64,000 nucleotides of DNA from an uncultured Rikenellaceae bacterium (GCA_964634565.1 CAZWLP010000001.1:29146-93145), one strand, 5' to 3'. Numbered from the stretch's first letter, positions 30,394-40,146 are shown. Numbers and translations are program-made. The notes: generated by a model from the letters alone, not told the origin.

Positions 30394-31290
30394 TTAAATC
30401 TTTTCCGCTATCCTGAGCCGGGCACTCCTGGCCCTGCTGTTTATTTCCACTTCCGTCTCCCCGGGCACTATTACCTTCCTGTTTATAAGTCTGAAAGGAG
30501 AGTGGGTATTTCCATAAAAATCCTTACTTTCAATACCTGTGAAATTTCCTGTTTTAAAAAAATTCTTTACCACCCTGTCTTCTATTGAATGGTAGCTTAT
30601 AACAACCAGTCTGCCTCCGGGTTTTAATATTTCGCCCGCCTGGAATAACATCTCCTTTAAAAACTCAATCTCCCTGTTTACCTCAATCCTCAGCGACTGA
30701 AATACCTTTGCATAAAACTTATTCTCCCTGCCCCGGGGAGCAAATTCCCTGAGCACATCAATCAGGTCACCCGTGGTAACAAATCTCTGCTGCTCCCTTT
30801 GTCTTATTATTGAATCTGCAATCCTGCCAGAGCCTTTCAATTCTCCGTAGTCTCTTAAAACTATTATAAGATCATCTCTCTTATAAGAGTTTAGAATCTC
30901 TGCTGCCGTCTTTCCTCCTTTGTTGTTCATTCTCATGTCGAGATCTGAATCAAAGCGAAAAGAAAAACCCCTCCCTGCCTCATCAAACTGGTGAAATGAA
31001 ACACCCAGATCAGCCAGTAAGCCATCGATACTCTCTATTCCATTATGTCTTAAATTGCTTCTCAGAAATCTGAAATTCTGATTTAAAAAGAGAAACCGGT
31101 TATCAACCGGCTTATTCTTTTCAGCATCACTATCCTGGTCGAATGCAATCAGTTTTCCGTCTCCAAGCAGTTCAAGTATTCTTTTTGAATGTCCTCCTCC
31201 ACCGAAAGTTACATCGACATAAATCCCTTTGGGCTGAATGTTCAGCCCTTCAATACATTCATTCAGCAATGCAGGGACATGATACGTCAT
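30394..31290 (-). CDS. rsmH: 16S rRNA m4C1402 methyltransferase
   Basis: HVPALL, TFGGGGHS, DLGVS, RIEVN, ISYHSIEDR, RARSARLR. Confidence 0.97.
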   Translation of the reverse strand: MTYHVPALLNECIEGLNIQPKGIYVDVTFGGGGHSKRILELLGDGKLIAFDQDSDAEKNKPVDNRFLFLNQNFRFLRSNLRHNGIESIDGLLADLGVSFHQFDEAGRGFSFRFDSDLDMRMNNKGGKTAAEILNSYKRDDLIIVLRDYGELKGSGRIADSIIRQREQQRFVTTGDLIDVLREFAPRGRENKFYAKVFQSLRIEVNREIEFLKEMLFQAGEILKPGGRLVVISYHSIEDRVVKNFFKTGNFTGIESKDFYGNTHSPFRLINRKVIVPGETEVEINSRARSARLRIAEKI

Positions 31291-31292
31291 TT

Positions 31293-31757
31293 TTATTCAT
31301 CTTCAGTGATTAGCCCACCCATCAGTTTCTCAGCCAGATCAGCAAAATCGTCAACAGGCATATCTATCGCTTCATACTTATCCTTCGACCATATTTCTAT
31401 CCTGCCATCCTGCCCGGCAAGAACCACCTCCTTTTCAATTTCCGCCAGCTGCAACAGCTTTTTCGGAACCAGCAACCTGTTGCTTGCATCGAGTGACAGT
31501 TCGGCAGTGCCCTTAAAAAAGTTTCTCAAAAACCTGTTGTGCTCACGGTTATAAGGATTTATCCGGCTCCTGATCTTATTCATTTGCTCTTCCCAGTCCT
31601 CGGCTGTAAACAAAACCAGGCAATTCTCGAAGATGTCGCGCCGCACTACAAAATGGTCGCTCCATGACGACTCCATCTGCTTTTTAAAGGCAGAAGGAAA
31701 AATCATCCTTCCCTTGGAATCAATCTTGCAACTGTAATCACCTATAAATGTGGCCAT
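31293..31757 (-). CDS. mraZ: Transcriptional regulator MraZ
   Basis: IDSKGR and LDASNR (DxxxR) repeats; first gene of the dcw cluster. Confidence 0.95.
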   Translation of the reverse strand: MATFIGDYSCKIDSKGRMIFPSAFKKQMESSWSDHFVVRRDIFENCLVLFTAEDWEEQMNKIRSRINPYNREHNRFLRNFFKGTAELSLDASNRLLVPKKLLQLAEIEKEVVLAGQDGRIEIWSKDKYEAIDMPVDDFADLAEKLMGGLITEDE

Positions 31758-31797
31758 AAAAAAATCCAGGTTTTAAATGTAAAAGTAGCAATTTATT

Positions 31798-31822
31798 CCC
31801 ACTTTACCCCACTTCCTCCCAT
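31798..31822 (-). promoter_or_regulatory. MraZ operator: three (G/A)TGGG boxes at 10-bp period
   Basis: Minus strand ATGGG-AGGAA-GTGGG-GTAAA-GTGGG upstream of mraZ; matches the established MraZ direct-repeat site. Confidence 0.8.
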
Positions 31823-31950
31823 TTTTTTACACTTTGTTGAAAACTTTTAACTATCCCGCCGGCCTTTATAGTATACGTACTGTAGACTAGCCACTTATGA
31901 TTATTTAAAATGATAAAAGGCATTAATGCCCTTTACATACTATTTTTTAA

Positions 31951-31958
31951 TAAATTTG
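31951..31958 (+). promoter_or_regulatory. -7 element for the acyltransferase pair
   Basis: TAAATTTG, 32 nt upstream of ATG 31991. Confidence 0.5.
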
Positions 31959-31990
31959 TAGCGCAAATTGACCATTGTAGGACAGCAATA

Positions 31991-32824
31991 ATGGAAGGGG
32001 AAAATCCTTTACAAATTGACGTAGCACAGATTCTGAAAGATAAGAGTCCGGGGATTTCAAAATTTGTACCGAAATTCCTGATAAATTATCTCAGAAAAAT
32101 AATCCACGAAGAAGATTTAAATAACTTTTTTAAGGATTTCGGCAATCTTCATAATGTAGATCTTGTGAGGGCAGGACTTACTTATATGGGGATTAAATAC
32201 AGTGTTCATAACAAGGAAGCTATTCCCTGCTCGGGTAGAAATATCTTTGTTTCAAATCACCCCCTGGGTGGTCTTGACGGGCTGATTTTTATGACTGAAT
32301 TATCCAAGTATTTCGATAAGATAAAATTCCCGGTCAACGATATTCTGATGAATGTCACAAATATGGAAGATGTATTCCTTCCGATCAACAAGCATGGGGC
32401 ACAGGGAAAGGAGGCTGCTATAGCCATTGATAAGGCATATGCCTCTGACAGTCAGATCTTATACTTCCCGGCAGGACTTTGCTCAAGAAAAAAAAAGGGC
32501 GAAATTAAAGACCTGGTGTGGCATAAGAGTTTTCTTACAAAGGCGATTAAACACAAAAGGACTATTGTTCCGATTTATTTTTCAGGGCGTAATTCGGATT
32601 TCTTCTATAATCTGTCGAATATAAGACTGGGTATGGGAATAAAATGGAATTTCGAAATGCTTTACCTCGTTGACGAAATGTTCAGACAAACAGATAAGGA
32701 TCTTCACCTTGTATTTGGCAAAGGGTATTCGTGGGATACGTTCGACAGATCAAAAACTCCTATGGAGTGGGCCGACTGGCTAAGGTCAAAATCGTATGAA
32801 CTGGCAAAACATATTCCAGATTAA
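31991..32824 (+). CDS. PlsC-family acyltransferase (candidate amino-lipid O-acyltransferase, GlsA-like)
   Basis: NHPLGGLDG (HxxxxD), YFPAG. Likely ATG 31991 (track: 31910). Confidence 0.75.
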   Translation: MEGENPLQIDVAQILKDKSPGISKFVPKFLINYLRKIIHEEDLNNFFKDFGNLHNVDLVRAGLTYMGIKYSVHNKEAIPCSGRNIFVSNHPLGGLDGLIFMTELSKYFDKIKFPVNDILMNVTNMEDVFLPINKHGAQGKEAAIAIDKAYASDSQILYFPAGLCSRKKKGEIKDLVWHKSFLTKAIKHKRTIVPIYFSGRNSDFFYNLSNIRLGMGIKWNFEMLYLVDEMFRQTDKDLHLVFGKGYSWDTFDRSKTPMEWADWLRSKSYELAKHIPD

Positions 32825-32916
32825 AATAAAAAGCATATTTTTGATTAAATTATTCGGATAAATCATTTAATCGGTCTAAAATTAACAGAAACAAGTAATC
32901 GGATATTGATTAAACC

Positions 32917-33867
32917 ATGAAGAAGATAGCGTTAAAAACACCGGCAGAAGAGATTGAAAAGGAACTGACCGAAGATAGATTTCTGAGAAAAACGAACAAT
33001 GCCAATAACGATGTATATCTTTTTAAAAGTCACGACTCTGAGATCCTGATGAGGGAGGTTGGTCGTTTGAGGGAGCTTACTTTCAGAAGTGCAGGTGGAG
33101 GAACGGGTAAGGAACTGGATCTTGACGAATATGACTATTCCGAAACAGCCCCTCATCAGCAGCTAATAGTTTGGGATCCTGATCATAAGGAGATTGTTGG
33201 TGGATACAGATTCCTTATCCATGACAAAAGGATTAAGCCGACCGATCCTTCAGATATGGCATCTGCTTCATTCTTTAATTTTTCAGACAAATTCAATACA
33301 GAATTTCTTCCCTATTTAATGGAGCTCGGCCGCTCATTTGTTCAGCCTGATTACCAGTCTAAGGCAATGGGACGAAAGAGCCTTTTTGCCCTCGATAATC
33401 TTTGGGATGGACTGGGTGCAATCGCTATTGAAAATCCAAATGTCAAATATTTGTTTGGGAAAGTTACCATGTATGAACATTTCAATATCGATGCAAGGGA
33501 TATGATACTTTACTTTATGAAGAAACATTTCTCAGACAGAGACAAACTTGTAACACCCAAAAAGGATATTTCTGTCAATATTGATGTCGATAAAATGAAG
33601 AAGATATTTATAAACGACAACTACAAGGACGACTATAAAATTTTATCTCAGGAAGTCAGAGAGCTGGGAGAAAATATCCCCCCGCTGATTAATGCCTATA
33701 TGAACCTCTCGCCAACGATGCGTACCTTTGGTACAGTTTTTAACGAAGGATTTGGCAAGGTTGAAGAAACAGGTATTATGATTACTATCAGGGATATTTA
33801 TATCGATAAAATAAACCGACATCTTGCCTCATACAGGGATGATTACCAGATCGGGGTAGGATATTAA
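32917..33867 (+). CDS. GNAT_5/OlsB-like N-acyltransferase (candidate GlsB; often annotated hemolysin)
   Basis: EVGRLRELTF, DLDEYD, IVGGYR, ELGRSFV, PPLINAY motifs. Confidence 0.78.
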   Translation: MKKIALKTPAEEIEKELTEDRFLRKTNNANNDVYLFKSHDSEILMREVGRLRELTFRSAGGGTGKELDLDEYDYSETAPHQQLIVWDPDHKEIVGGYRFLIHDKRIKPTDPSDMASASFFNFSDKFNTEFLPYLMELGRSFVQPDYQSKAMGRKSLFALDNLWDGLGAIAIENPNVKYLFGKVTMYEHFNIDARDMILYFMKKHFSDRDKLVTPKKDISVNIDVDKMKKIFINDNYKDDYKILSQEVRELGENIPPLINAYMNLSPTMRTFGTVFNEGFGKVEETGIMITIRDIYIDKINRHLASYRDDYQIGVGY

Positions 33868-35762
33868 TAAGCCCTTTCGTTTCGGCCCTCAATAAAATTA
33901 ATATACGACTGATTTACAACGCGGTTACCACCGGGAGTTGGATAATTTCCGGTAAAGTACCAGTCGCCGGTATTATCAGGACATGCATTATGCAATCCTT
34001 CAATCGACTGGTATACAATCTCAACCTCAGCATTAATAGTTGGAAGTTTTAGCATCTTGCCAATCTGATCTGAAATCTCGTCAGCACTGTAAGGATCATA
34101 AATCTGCTTGACTATATTCCGTATCTCATTTACCGGCTTTTTAACCTCCTGTCTGGCCTGCTGGTAAACTTCTGTTATCAGTTTCTCCTTCCCTGAAAGT
34201 TTTAATAGCTCAATTGCTGCCCTGAAAGCAATAAAGTCGCCCATCTTTGCCATGTCGATCCCATAACAATCAGGATATCTTATCTGTGGTGATGATGATA
34301 CAATAACGATTTTCTTTGGGTCAAGGCGATCGAGTATTCTGATAATACTCTTCTTTAATGTTGTTCCTCTCACAATAGAATCATCGATCACAACCATACT
34401 GTCTACACCTCGCTTAATAATTCCGTAGGTTACGTCGTAAACATGGCCAACCAGGTCGTCCCTTGATTTATCCTCAGTAATAAATGTTCTTAATTTAGCA
34501 TCTTTCACTGCCAGCTTTTCAATCCTGGGGCGCAGAGACATTATTTTTTCAAGGTCTTCCCTTGAGAGATTATTACCACGCTTAAGAATTATATCCATCT
34601 TATTATTATTAAGATAATCCTCAAGCCCCTTTAACAGTCCGTAAAATGCACTCTCGGCAGTATTGGGAACATACGAAAATACAGTATGCTCTATATCATA
34701 GTCGACAGCCTCGAGTATCCTGGTTGTAAGTTGTTCTCCCAGCCTCTTTCTTTCCCTGTATATTGATTTATCAGTGCCCCGGGAGAAATATATTCTTTCA
34801 AATGAACATTTACTTGCAACTTCATTTTCTCTTACTCTTTCTATAAAAACCTTTCCCGATTTTTTTGCAATAATTGCCGTTCCTGGTTCAAGCTCATTTA
34901 CCTGGTCTGTTTTCAGATTAAAAACTGTCTGAATTACCGGTCTTTCTGATGCAACTACAAGCACCTCCTCGTCGTGATAATAAAATGCAGGCCGGATACC
35001 CCACGGATCGCGTGTAACAAAGGCATCTCCATGACCAATCATTCCAGCCATGGCATATCCCCCATCCCATTTCCGGCTTGCTCTTGAAATAATTTTTGAG
35101 ATAGAAATATTCTCTTCTATTTTAGGCGAAATCTCCTGCTTGCTAAGTCCCTGAGCCCTATACTCTCTGAACAACTCCTCCACTTCCTCATCGAGGAAAT
35201 GACCAACATTTTCAAGAATGGTAACGGTATCTGAGAAATCAATAGGGTTCTGACCTATCTTAATCAGGTCGTTAAAAATATCACTTACATTAGTCAGATT
35301 AAAATTTCCTGCAAGGACAATATTTCTGGATCGCCAGTTGTTCTCCCTCGATACAGGATGAACATAGTCAATATTATAATTACCATAAGTACCATACCTC
35401 ACATGCCCCAGATAAAGATTGCAGGCGTATGGTAAGGTTTCTTTAATAAAGTCGATATTATTGGGATCAGACTCCTGCGACATTACAGTATCTGCTGCTT
35501 TATAGATCGAATCAAAAACATCCTTAATGGGATTTGCTCCGTTTGATCTCTCCCTGAAGATATACCTGTTACCTGGCTTAACCCCCGGCTTCAGGGCCGC
35601 TATACCGGCACCATCCTGACCCCTGTTATGCTGCTTTTCAAGCAGCAGGTACATTTTCTGAAGTCCATAGTCCCATGAGCCGTATTTTTCAATATAGTAC
35701 TCAAGCGGTTTTAGCAATTTCACCATTGCTATACCGCACTCGTGTAAGATTTTGTCGCTCAT
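33864..35762 (-). CDS. purF: Amidophosphoribosyltransferase
   Basis: HECG (Ntn Cys after a short propeptide), QHNRGQD, GHVRY, CSFERIYF, DDSIVRGTT PRPP loop. Confidence 0.93.
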   Translation of the reverse strand: MSDKILHECGIAMVKLLKPLEYYIEKYGSWDYGLQKMYLLLEKQHNRGQDGAGIAALKPGVKPGNRYIFRERSNGANPIKDVFDSIYKAADTVMSQESDPNNIDFIKETLPYACNLYLGHVRYGTYGNYNIDYVHPVSRENNWRSRNIVLAGNFNLTNVSDIFNDLIKIGQNPIDFSDTVTILENVGHFLDEEVEELFREYRAQGLSKQEISPKIEENISISKIISRASRKWDGGYAMAGMIGHGDAFVTRDPWGIRPAFYYHDEEVLVVASERPVIQTVFNLKTDQVNELEPGTAIIAKKSGKVFIERVRENEVASKCSFERIYFSRGTDKSIYRERKRLGEQLTTRILEAVDYDIEHTVFSYVPNTAESAFYGLLKGLEDYLNNNKMDIILKRGNNLSREDLEKIMSLRPRIEKLAVKDAKLRTFITEDKSRDDLVGHVYDVTYGIIKRGVDSMVVIDDSIVRGTTLKKSIIRILDRLDPKKIVIVSSSPQIRYPDCYGIDMAKMGDFIAFRAAIELLKLSGKEKLITEVYQQARQEVKKPVNEIRNIVKQIYDPYSADEISDQIGKMLKLPTINAEVEIVYQSIEGLHNACPDNTGDWYFTGNYPTPGGNRVVNQSYINFIEGRNERAY

Positions 35763-35765
35763 ATA

Positions 35766-36227
35766 CTAATTATCAAGATCCGGAAATTCAATAATATCCG
35801 GTACTATGTAGGCATTGGGGAATTTCTTTTTAATTGCCAGAAAGTCTTGCATAGCATCCCTCTTTGTTCTGTAGTTACCAACCCTTACCTTAAAGAAATT
35901 TGGGGCTGCAAAATCCAAATACGACTCTATGCCAGGAAATTCTGAGATAAAATCTGAATTTGCCTCATTTGCCTCTTCTCTTGCAGTCCTTCTGGATCCA
36001 TTAAATATCTGAATCCGGAACCCGTCAAAGCCTCCATGCTTCCTGTTTGCATTTATATGTCTTGTAAGAAGTGTGTCGATTGCGGGGTCCTGATTTAGGA
36101 CAACACGACCTTCACTGTAACTGCCATCTCCTTTCACAATATTTTCTGCCTTTATTATGCTCTGAGCATTAACCAGGCTGAGGCTGGAAAACACTATTAA
36201 AAGAAATAATATATGCCTCTTTTTCAT
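35766..36227 (-). CDS. SPOR-domain protein
   Basis: Signal peptide (VNA-Q), GFRIQIF, FKVRVGNY, FPNAYIV. Confidence 0.85.
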   Translation of the reverse strand: MKKRHILFLLIVFSSLSLVNAQSIIKAENIVKGDGSYSEGRVVLNQDPAIDTLLTRHINANRKHGGFDGFRIQIFNGSRRTAREEANEANSDFISEFPGIESYLDFAAPNFFKVRVGNYRTKRDAMQDFLAIKKKFPNAYIVPDIIEFPDLDN

Positions 36228-36231
36228 AGGC

Positions 36232-36239
36232 CAAAAATA
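36232..36239 (-). promoter_or_regulatory. -7 element 4 nt upstream of the SPOR gene ATG
   Basis: Minus strand TATTTTTG. Confidence 0.45.
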
Positions 36240-36284
36240 GAATAATTCATATAAATAATTCAGACTAATATATTAGTATTAATA

Positions 36285-37388
36285 TTAATAATCAGCATTA
36301 CCTGATTTTAATGCATAATAGAATTTTCCTTCTTTCGATCCAGCAATAAAATAATTATCCTCATATGTAATAGATAAAGCTCTGCCCAGGGTCTTTGTAT
36401 CATATGAATCACAAACATCCAATACTCTGATTTGCCGGGCATTTCCTCCTTCAGGCAGACTTATGCCTGTCAGAATAAGACAATTCTGGTTTAGCAGCAT
36501 AAGGTTCATTGCAGAATCAAAATCCAGGTCTGTGCCATAATTTGAATTCTCGGCATAAACCTTCCAGTTTACCATCCCTCCTCTTGTAAGGGAGGCAACA
36601 AAAGAGTTACTTACCTCTCCGCTTGTACCTGTATACTCAGTTCGTCCTGCCACATAGAGAAATTCCCCATCCTCTGCAATTGATAGTGATCCGGCAGTAT
36701 AATCCCTGTTATTAATAAGCTCTGTTTCCCATATAATAGCGCCCTCATCTGTTATCCTGGCAACTGAGGCCTTACTGTTATTATCGGCCAGATTCTTGGT
36801 AAGAGACACAAAAATATCATTTGGAGATATAACTTCCAGGTCGGTAAGAGAGGCATTGAAACCGGGATTAGCCTCATTTATCTGCAGAATATTACCATTA
36901 CTATCGAATAGAGCTACGATATAGGTAGATGAATTTAAAGAATCAGGATCATCGCTCGCAACAAGCATAAATGTATCTTCATTATACCAGGATATCTGCG
37001 TTGTTCTTATGTCGGGGACAACAGATATAATTGTGTCCCATTGTTCTAATCCTTCACCGTCAATTAAGGCCAGTAAAATATCACCCTCAGAACAACCTGC
37101 AAGCAGGTAAGTGCTTTGAACCGGATTTTCGGCTGAGATCTCAAGCACTTCAGTATAGCTACCCTTATAATCCGGAGAATAGTTTATATCTATGCCCGAG
37201 CCTGAAGCTGTTTTAATAAACAAGGGTTTCAGATCAGATTCTCCAACAATAATAAAACTCGTATCCGACGTTATCTCCGTATCATATGCCGATCCGGTCC
37301 CGAAAGATTTTTCAAGTAAAAATTCCGCCTTATCCTTTTTACACGAAACAAGATGCAATAATACCAGTAAGAGAAAAATATTTCTCAT
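36285..37388 (-). CDS. Hypothetical lipoprotein, probable beta-propeller
   Basis: Lipobox LVSC; repeated beta-rich units ending in G...W (EQW, IIW, VNW). Confidence 0.55.
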   Translation of the reverse strand: MRNIFLLLVLLHLVSCKKDKAEFLLEKSFGTGSAYDTEITSDTSFIIVGESDLKPLFIKTASGSGIDINYSPDYKGSYTEVLEISAENPVQSTYLLAGCSEGDILLALIDGEGLEQWDTIISVVPDIRTTQISWYNEDTFMLVASDDPDSLNSSTYIVALFDSNGNILQINEANPGFNASLTDLEVISPNDIFVSLTKNLADNNSKASVARITDEGAIIWETELINNRDYTAGSLSIAEDGEFLYVAGRTEYTGTSGEVSNSFVASLTRGGMVNWKVYAENSNYGTDLDFDSAMNLMLLNQNCLILTGISLPEGGNARQIRVLDVCDSYDTKTLGRALSITYEDNYFIAGSKEGKFYYALKSGNADY

Positions 37389-37405
37389 GGCTTTATATTT
37401 TAAGT

Positions 37406-38152
37406 TTATCCTAATTCCGCAGCCAACTCATCTGTCATTTCCAGGTTATGAAACACATTCTGAACATCATCATCATCCTCAAGTGCATCAATAAGCCTCA
37501 GAACACTTTTGGATGACTCAAGGTCAAGAGTTTTTGTGTCATTTGGTATACGCTGTAATTCGGCACTTATTGCCTCAACACCAATTTCTTCAAGCTTCTT
37601 ATTTACACTGCCAAAGTCTTCCAAAGCACAGGTAACGGTAATAATATCATCTTCTATCTCAATATCCTCTGCTCCTGCGTCAATAAGTTCAAGTTCCAAT
37701 TCATCCATGTCCATACCCTCTGCTTTATTAATTGAGAATAGTCCCTTTCTCTCAAACAGAAAACTTAATGAACCATTTGTTCCCAGGCTCCCGCCATACT
37801 TATTAAAGGCTGCCCTGACACTTGAAACTGTACGGTTATTATTATCCGACAGACACTCCACAAAAACTGCTACACCATTTGCCGCATAGCCCTCGAAAGT
37901 ATACTCCTGGTAATTAGAACCATCAGCATCTGTAGCCTTCTTAATAGCTCTTTCGATATTATCCTTGGGCATATTAGCTCCCTTAGCATTTTGCACAGCC
38001 AGCCTTAATGAAGGATTTGAATCAGGATCAGGACCACCATTCCTGGCAGCAATAGTAATTTCCTTTATTATCCTGGTAAAAAGCTTACCTCGCTTAGCAT
38101 CGATAGCTCCTTTTTTTCTCTTTATAGTCGACCATTTACTATGTCCTGACAT
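37406..38152 (-). CDS. yebC: YebC/PmpR family protein
   Basis: MSGHSKWSTIKRKK, NMPKDNIERAI, DNNNRT, DDDDVQNVFHN. Start moved to ATG 38152. Confidence 0.95.
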   Translation of the reverse strand: MSGHSKWSTIKRKKGAIDAKRGKLFTRIIKEITIAARNGGPDPDSNPSLRLAVQNAKGANMPKDNIERAIKKATDADGSNYQEYTFEGYAANGVAVFVECLSDNNNRTVSSVRAAFNKYGGSLGTNGSLSFLFERKGLFSINKAEGMDMDELELELIDAGAEDIEIEDDIITVTCALEDFGSVNKKLEEIGVEAISAELQRIPNDTKTLDLESSKSVLRLIDALEDDDDVQNVFHNLEMTDELAAELG

Positions 38153-38176
38153 TTCTATATAATTTTGATTCCAGCA

Positions 38177-38184
38177 CAAAAATA
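38177..38184 (-). promoter_or_regulatory. -7 element for yebC
   Basis: Minus strand TATTTTTG, with a TTTG (-33-like) 19 nt upstream inside the heptamer repeat. Confidence 0.6.
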
Positions 38185-38193
38185 GCCAAATAT

Positions 38194-38224
38194 GAGCTAA
38201 GAGCAAAGAGCTAAGAGCAAAGAG
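38194..38224. repeat. Alternating heptamer repeat GAGCTAA/GAGCAAA (4 units + GAG)
   Basis: Read directly from sequence. Confidence 0.9.
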
Positions 38225-38260
38225 TGAAAACGGAAGGGTAAAGGGAATAATAGTGGAGAC

Positions 38261-38303
38261 AAAATAATGCCGCTATTTCTATAAAAGAAGATAACGGCAT
38301 TAT
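38261..38303 (-). terminator. Probable intrinsic terminator after the DUF975-like gene
   Basis: Perfect 9-bp arms ATAATGCCG (38264-38272) / CGGCATTAT (38295-38303), imperfect inner stem, short T tail on the minus strand. Confidence 0.55.
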
Positions 38304-38330
38304 CTGAAACAGTCGGGTTATATTTTTATT

Positions 38331-39026
38331 CTATTGTTCTTCAAGCACCTCAACAAGTTCTCCCTTTTCTTCAAGAACTGCCTGGTAAATCGAGGCAAAG
38401 GCCAAACGTATCCACATAAAAGAAATAAATACACCGAAGCCAAGACATAATAGTCCGAGAATAATAACAAAGAACGCAATTATTGACATCCAGAATATTC
38501 TCCAGCCATGCCCCCTGGTAAGTCTCCAGCTCTCTTCAACAGCTTTTACAGGATCAAGTTTTTTATCCATAACCATGTAGGGTACAAATACAAGACGGCA
38601 GGCAAAGATTATTCCAGGTATAATTACCATAAAAATACCAAAAGTAATAATCGCTCCTGTAAGAAGTGATGCAAGTACTACATTAAGATAATTCTTAAAT
38701 GAATCAAATACTTCAACAACCTCAGCCTTCTTTTCGCGAACACTCTGCAGATAAATCCATTTAACACCATAATCCAGGGGTGAAATAACAAAGAGTGAAT
38801 AGGCAATGGTAAAAATTTGTCCGAAAACCACTGCAATAGCCATAAAGCTAAAATAATTATTATCAAACTCAGCCAGGTTAGCCGGAATGGCAAAAGGCAT
38901 TACAGCAACTACCACTACTAAAGACACGAGTAATAAAGTAATAAAATACTTCCATAGAACTTTCCATCCGTGGCTGTATGCTGCCCCTGCCCTTGGTACC
39001 AGTTTCTTACTATCAGGATTTTTCAT
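38331..39026 (-). CDS. Integral membrane protein, DUF975-like
   Basis: Several TM helices; PGIIFACRL..VPY, A..ESW.LT.GH.WRIF motifs. Confidence 0.7.
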   Translation of the reverse strand: MKNPDSKKLVPRAGAAYSHGWKVLWKYFITLLLVSLVVVVAVMPFAIPANLAEFDNNYFSFMAIAVVFGQIFTIAYSLFVISPLDYGVKWIYLQSVREKKAEVVEVFDSFKNYLNVVLASLLTGAIITFGIFMVIIPGIIFACRLVFVPYMVMDKKLDPVKAVEESWRLTRGHGWRIFWMSIIAFFVIILGLLCLGFGVFISFMWIRLAFASIYQAVLEEKGELVEVLEEQ

Positions 39027-39097
39027 TGTTTTATAATTTATAATTAATATTTTTTATAATTGTTCTGTAAATATATCACCGGGGATGGTCGGGATCA

Positions 39098-39141
39098 ATC
39101 CATCTTTAGTAGGAAATACTCCTTATCCTACTTTGGTTGGA
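39098..39141. promoter_or_regulatory. Putative LuxR/NarL-type operator pair
   Basis: Two 17-mers 27 bp apart, ATCCATCTTTAGTAGGA and ATCCTACTTTGGTTGGA, between the DUF975-like gene and the LuxR gene. Confidence 0.4.
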
Positions 39142-39198
39142 GAAAGTGTTGTTATATTTTATATCTTAACGCTACAATTTGCATAGCACAACCTTAAT

Positions 39199-40146
39199 AT
39201 GATTCGCTTTATTTTTATACTTGCAACAATTATCTCAATCGCCTGTGGATCATATGCTTTAATATTATTGAGCAGGCTTAGAAAAATTTATAAGCTCGAC
39301 TTTATTTCCAGCTTCCTGTATTATGAAATACTAAAACTGGGGTTTGGACTATATGGAATTTTTGGCGGTCTGGCAATAAAAGAAATACTACTTAAGTACG
39401 AGCTTCAGTCGGGTCAGATTGAGTCAATAGTTATTGCCCTTCCTTTTTTTGGAGTCCCCTTTATTATAGCTGCCTGGTATCTTCTTATTAAGATGACCAA
39501 CGAAATGGCAGGTCGCAAAGTAAATCAGTCTGTTTCAATCAGCTATTTCATCCTTACTACAGTTTTCTTCCTGGCATACGGACTAATATTAAGGTCGTCG
39601 CCCGACAGCAGGAATGTTGATCCTGATAATCTCTCACAGCTTATCAGAATAATTTTTTACGTTCTCGACTTCCTGGTAAAACTATATGTTGTAGTTATTC
39701 TTCTCAGCCAGGGTAAGAAATCAAGATATGCTAAGTACCCATCACTTATCAGCAGGTTTAGTTTACTGCTTCTTGTAACAGCCCTGATGAGTTCAGCTGC
39801 TCTTCACTTTGCCTATGTTCATCCCCTTATCGGAATTTATTTTATACTGCTCTTCTTCGGAGCCGACCTTGCTCTAATTATTATTTTAAGAATATACCTT
39901 AATAATAATCAGAATGAATACTCTGATTTAACGGATACACTGGAAAACCTGTACCAGCAATATGGAATCTCAAAAAGAGAAAGAGATATAATAAAAGAAA
40001 TTGGTAATGGCCTCACAAACCAGCAGATTGCTGATAAACTTTTTATTTCCCTCCAAACTGTCAAAGACCATACTCATAATATTTTCAGAAAGGTAAATGT
40101 ATCAAACAGAGTGCAGCTTACACAGATATTTTCAGTGGCATACTAA
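39199..40146 (+). CDS. Membrane-anchored LuxR-type HTH regulator (multi-TM N-terminus)
   Basis: About 7 hydrophobic helices, then ISKRERDII..I.NGLTNQQIADKLFISLQTVKDHTHNIFRKVNVSNR. Confidence 0.9.
   Translation: MIRFIFILATIISIACGSYALILLSRLRKIYKLDFISSFLYYEILKLGFGLYGIFGGLAIKEILLKYELQSGQIESIVIALPFFGVPFIIAAWYLLIKMTNEMAGRKVNQSVSISYFILTTVFFLAYGLILRSSPDSRNVDPDNLSQLIRIIFYVLDFLVKLYVVVILLSQGKKSRYAKYPSLISRFSLLLLVTALMSSAALHFAYVHPLIGIYFILLFFGADLALIIILRIYLNNNQNEYSDLTDTLENLYQQYGISKRERDIIKEIGNGLTNQQIADKLFISLQTVKDHTHNIFRKVNVSNRVQLTQIFSVAY

Noticed and set aside
33864-35762. PurF is long (632 aa) and shares a TTAA stop overlap with the convergent gene
   Set aside because: The long form is typical of Bacteroidota as I recall it, and 4-bp convergent stop overlaps are common.
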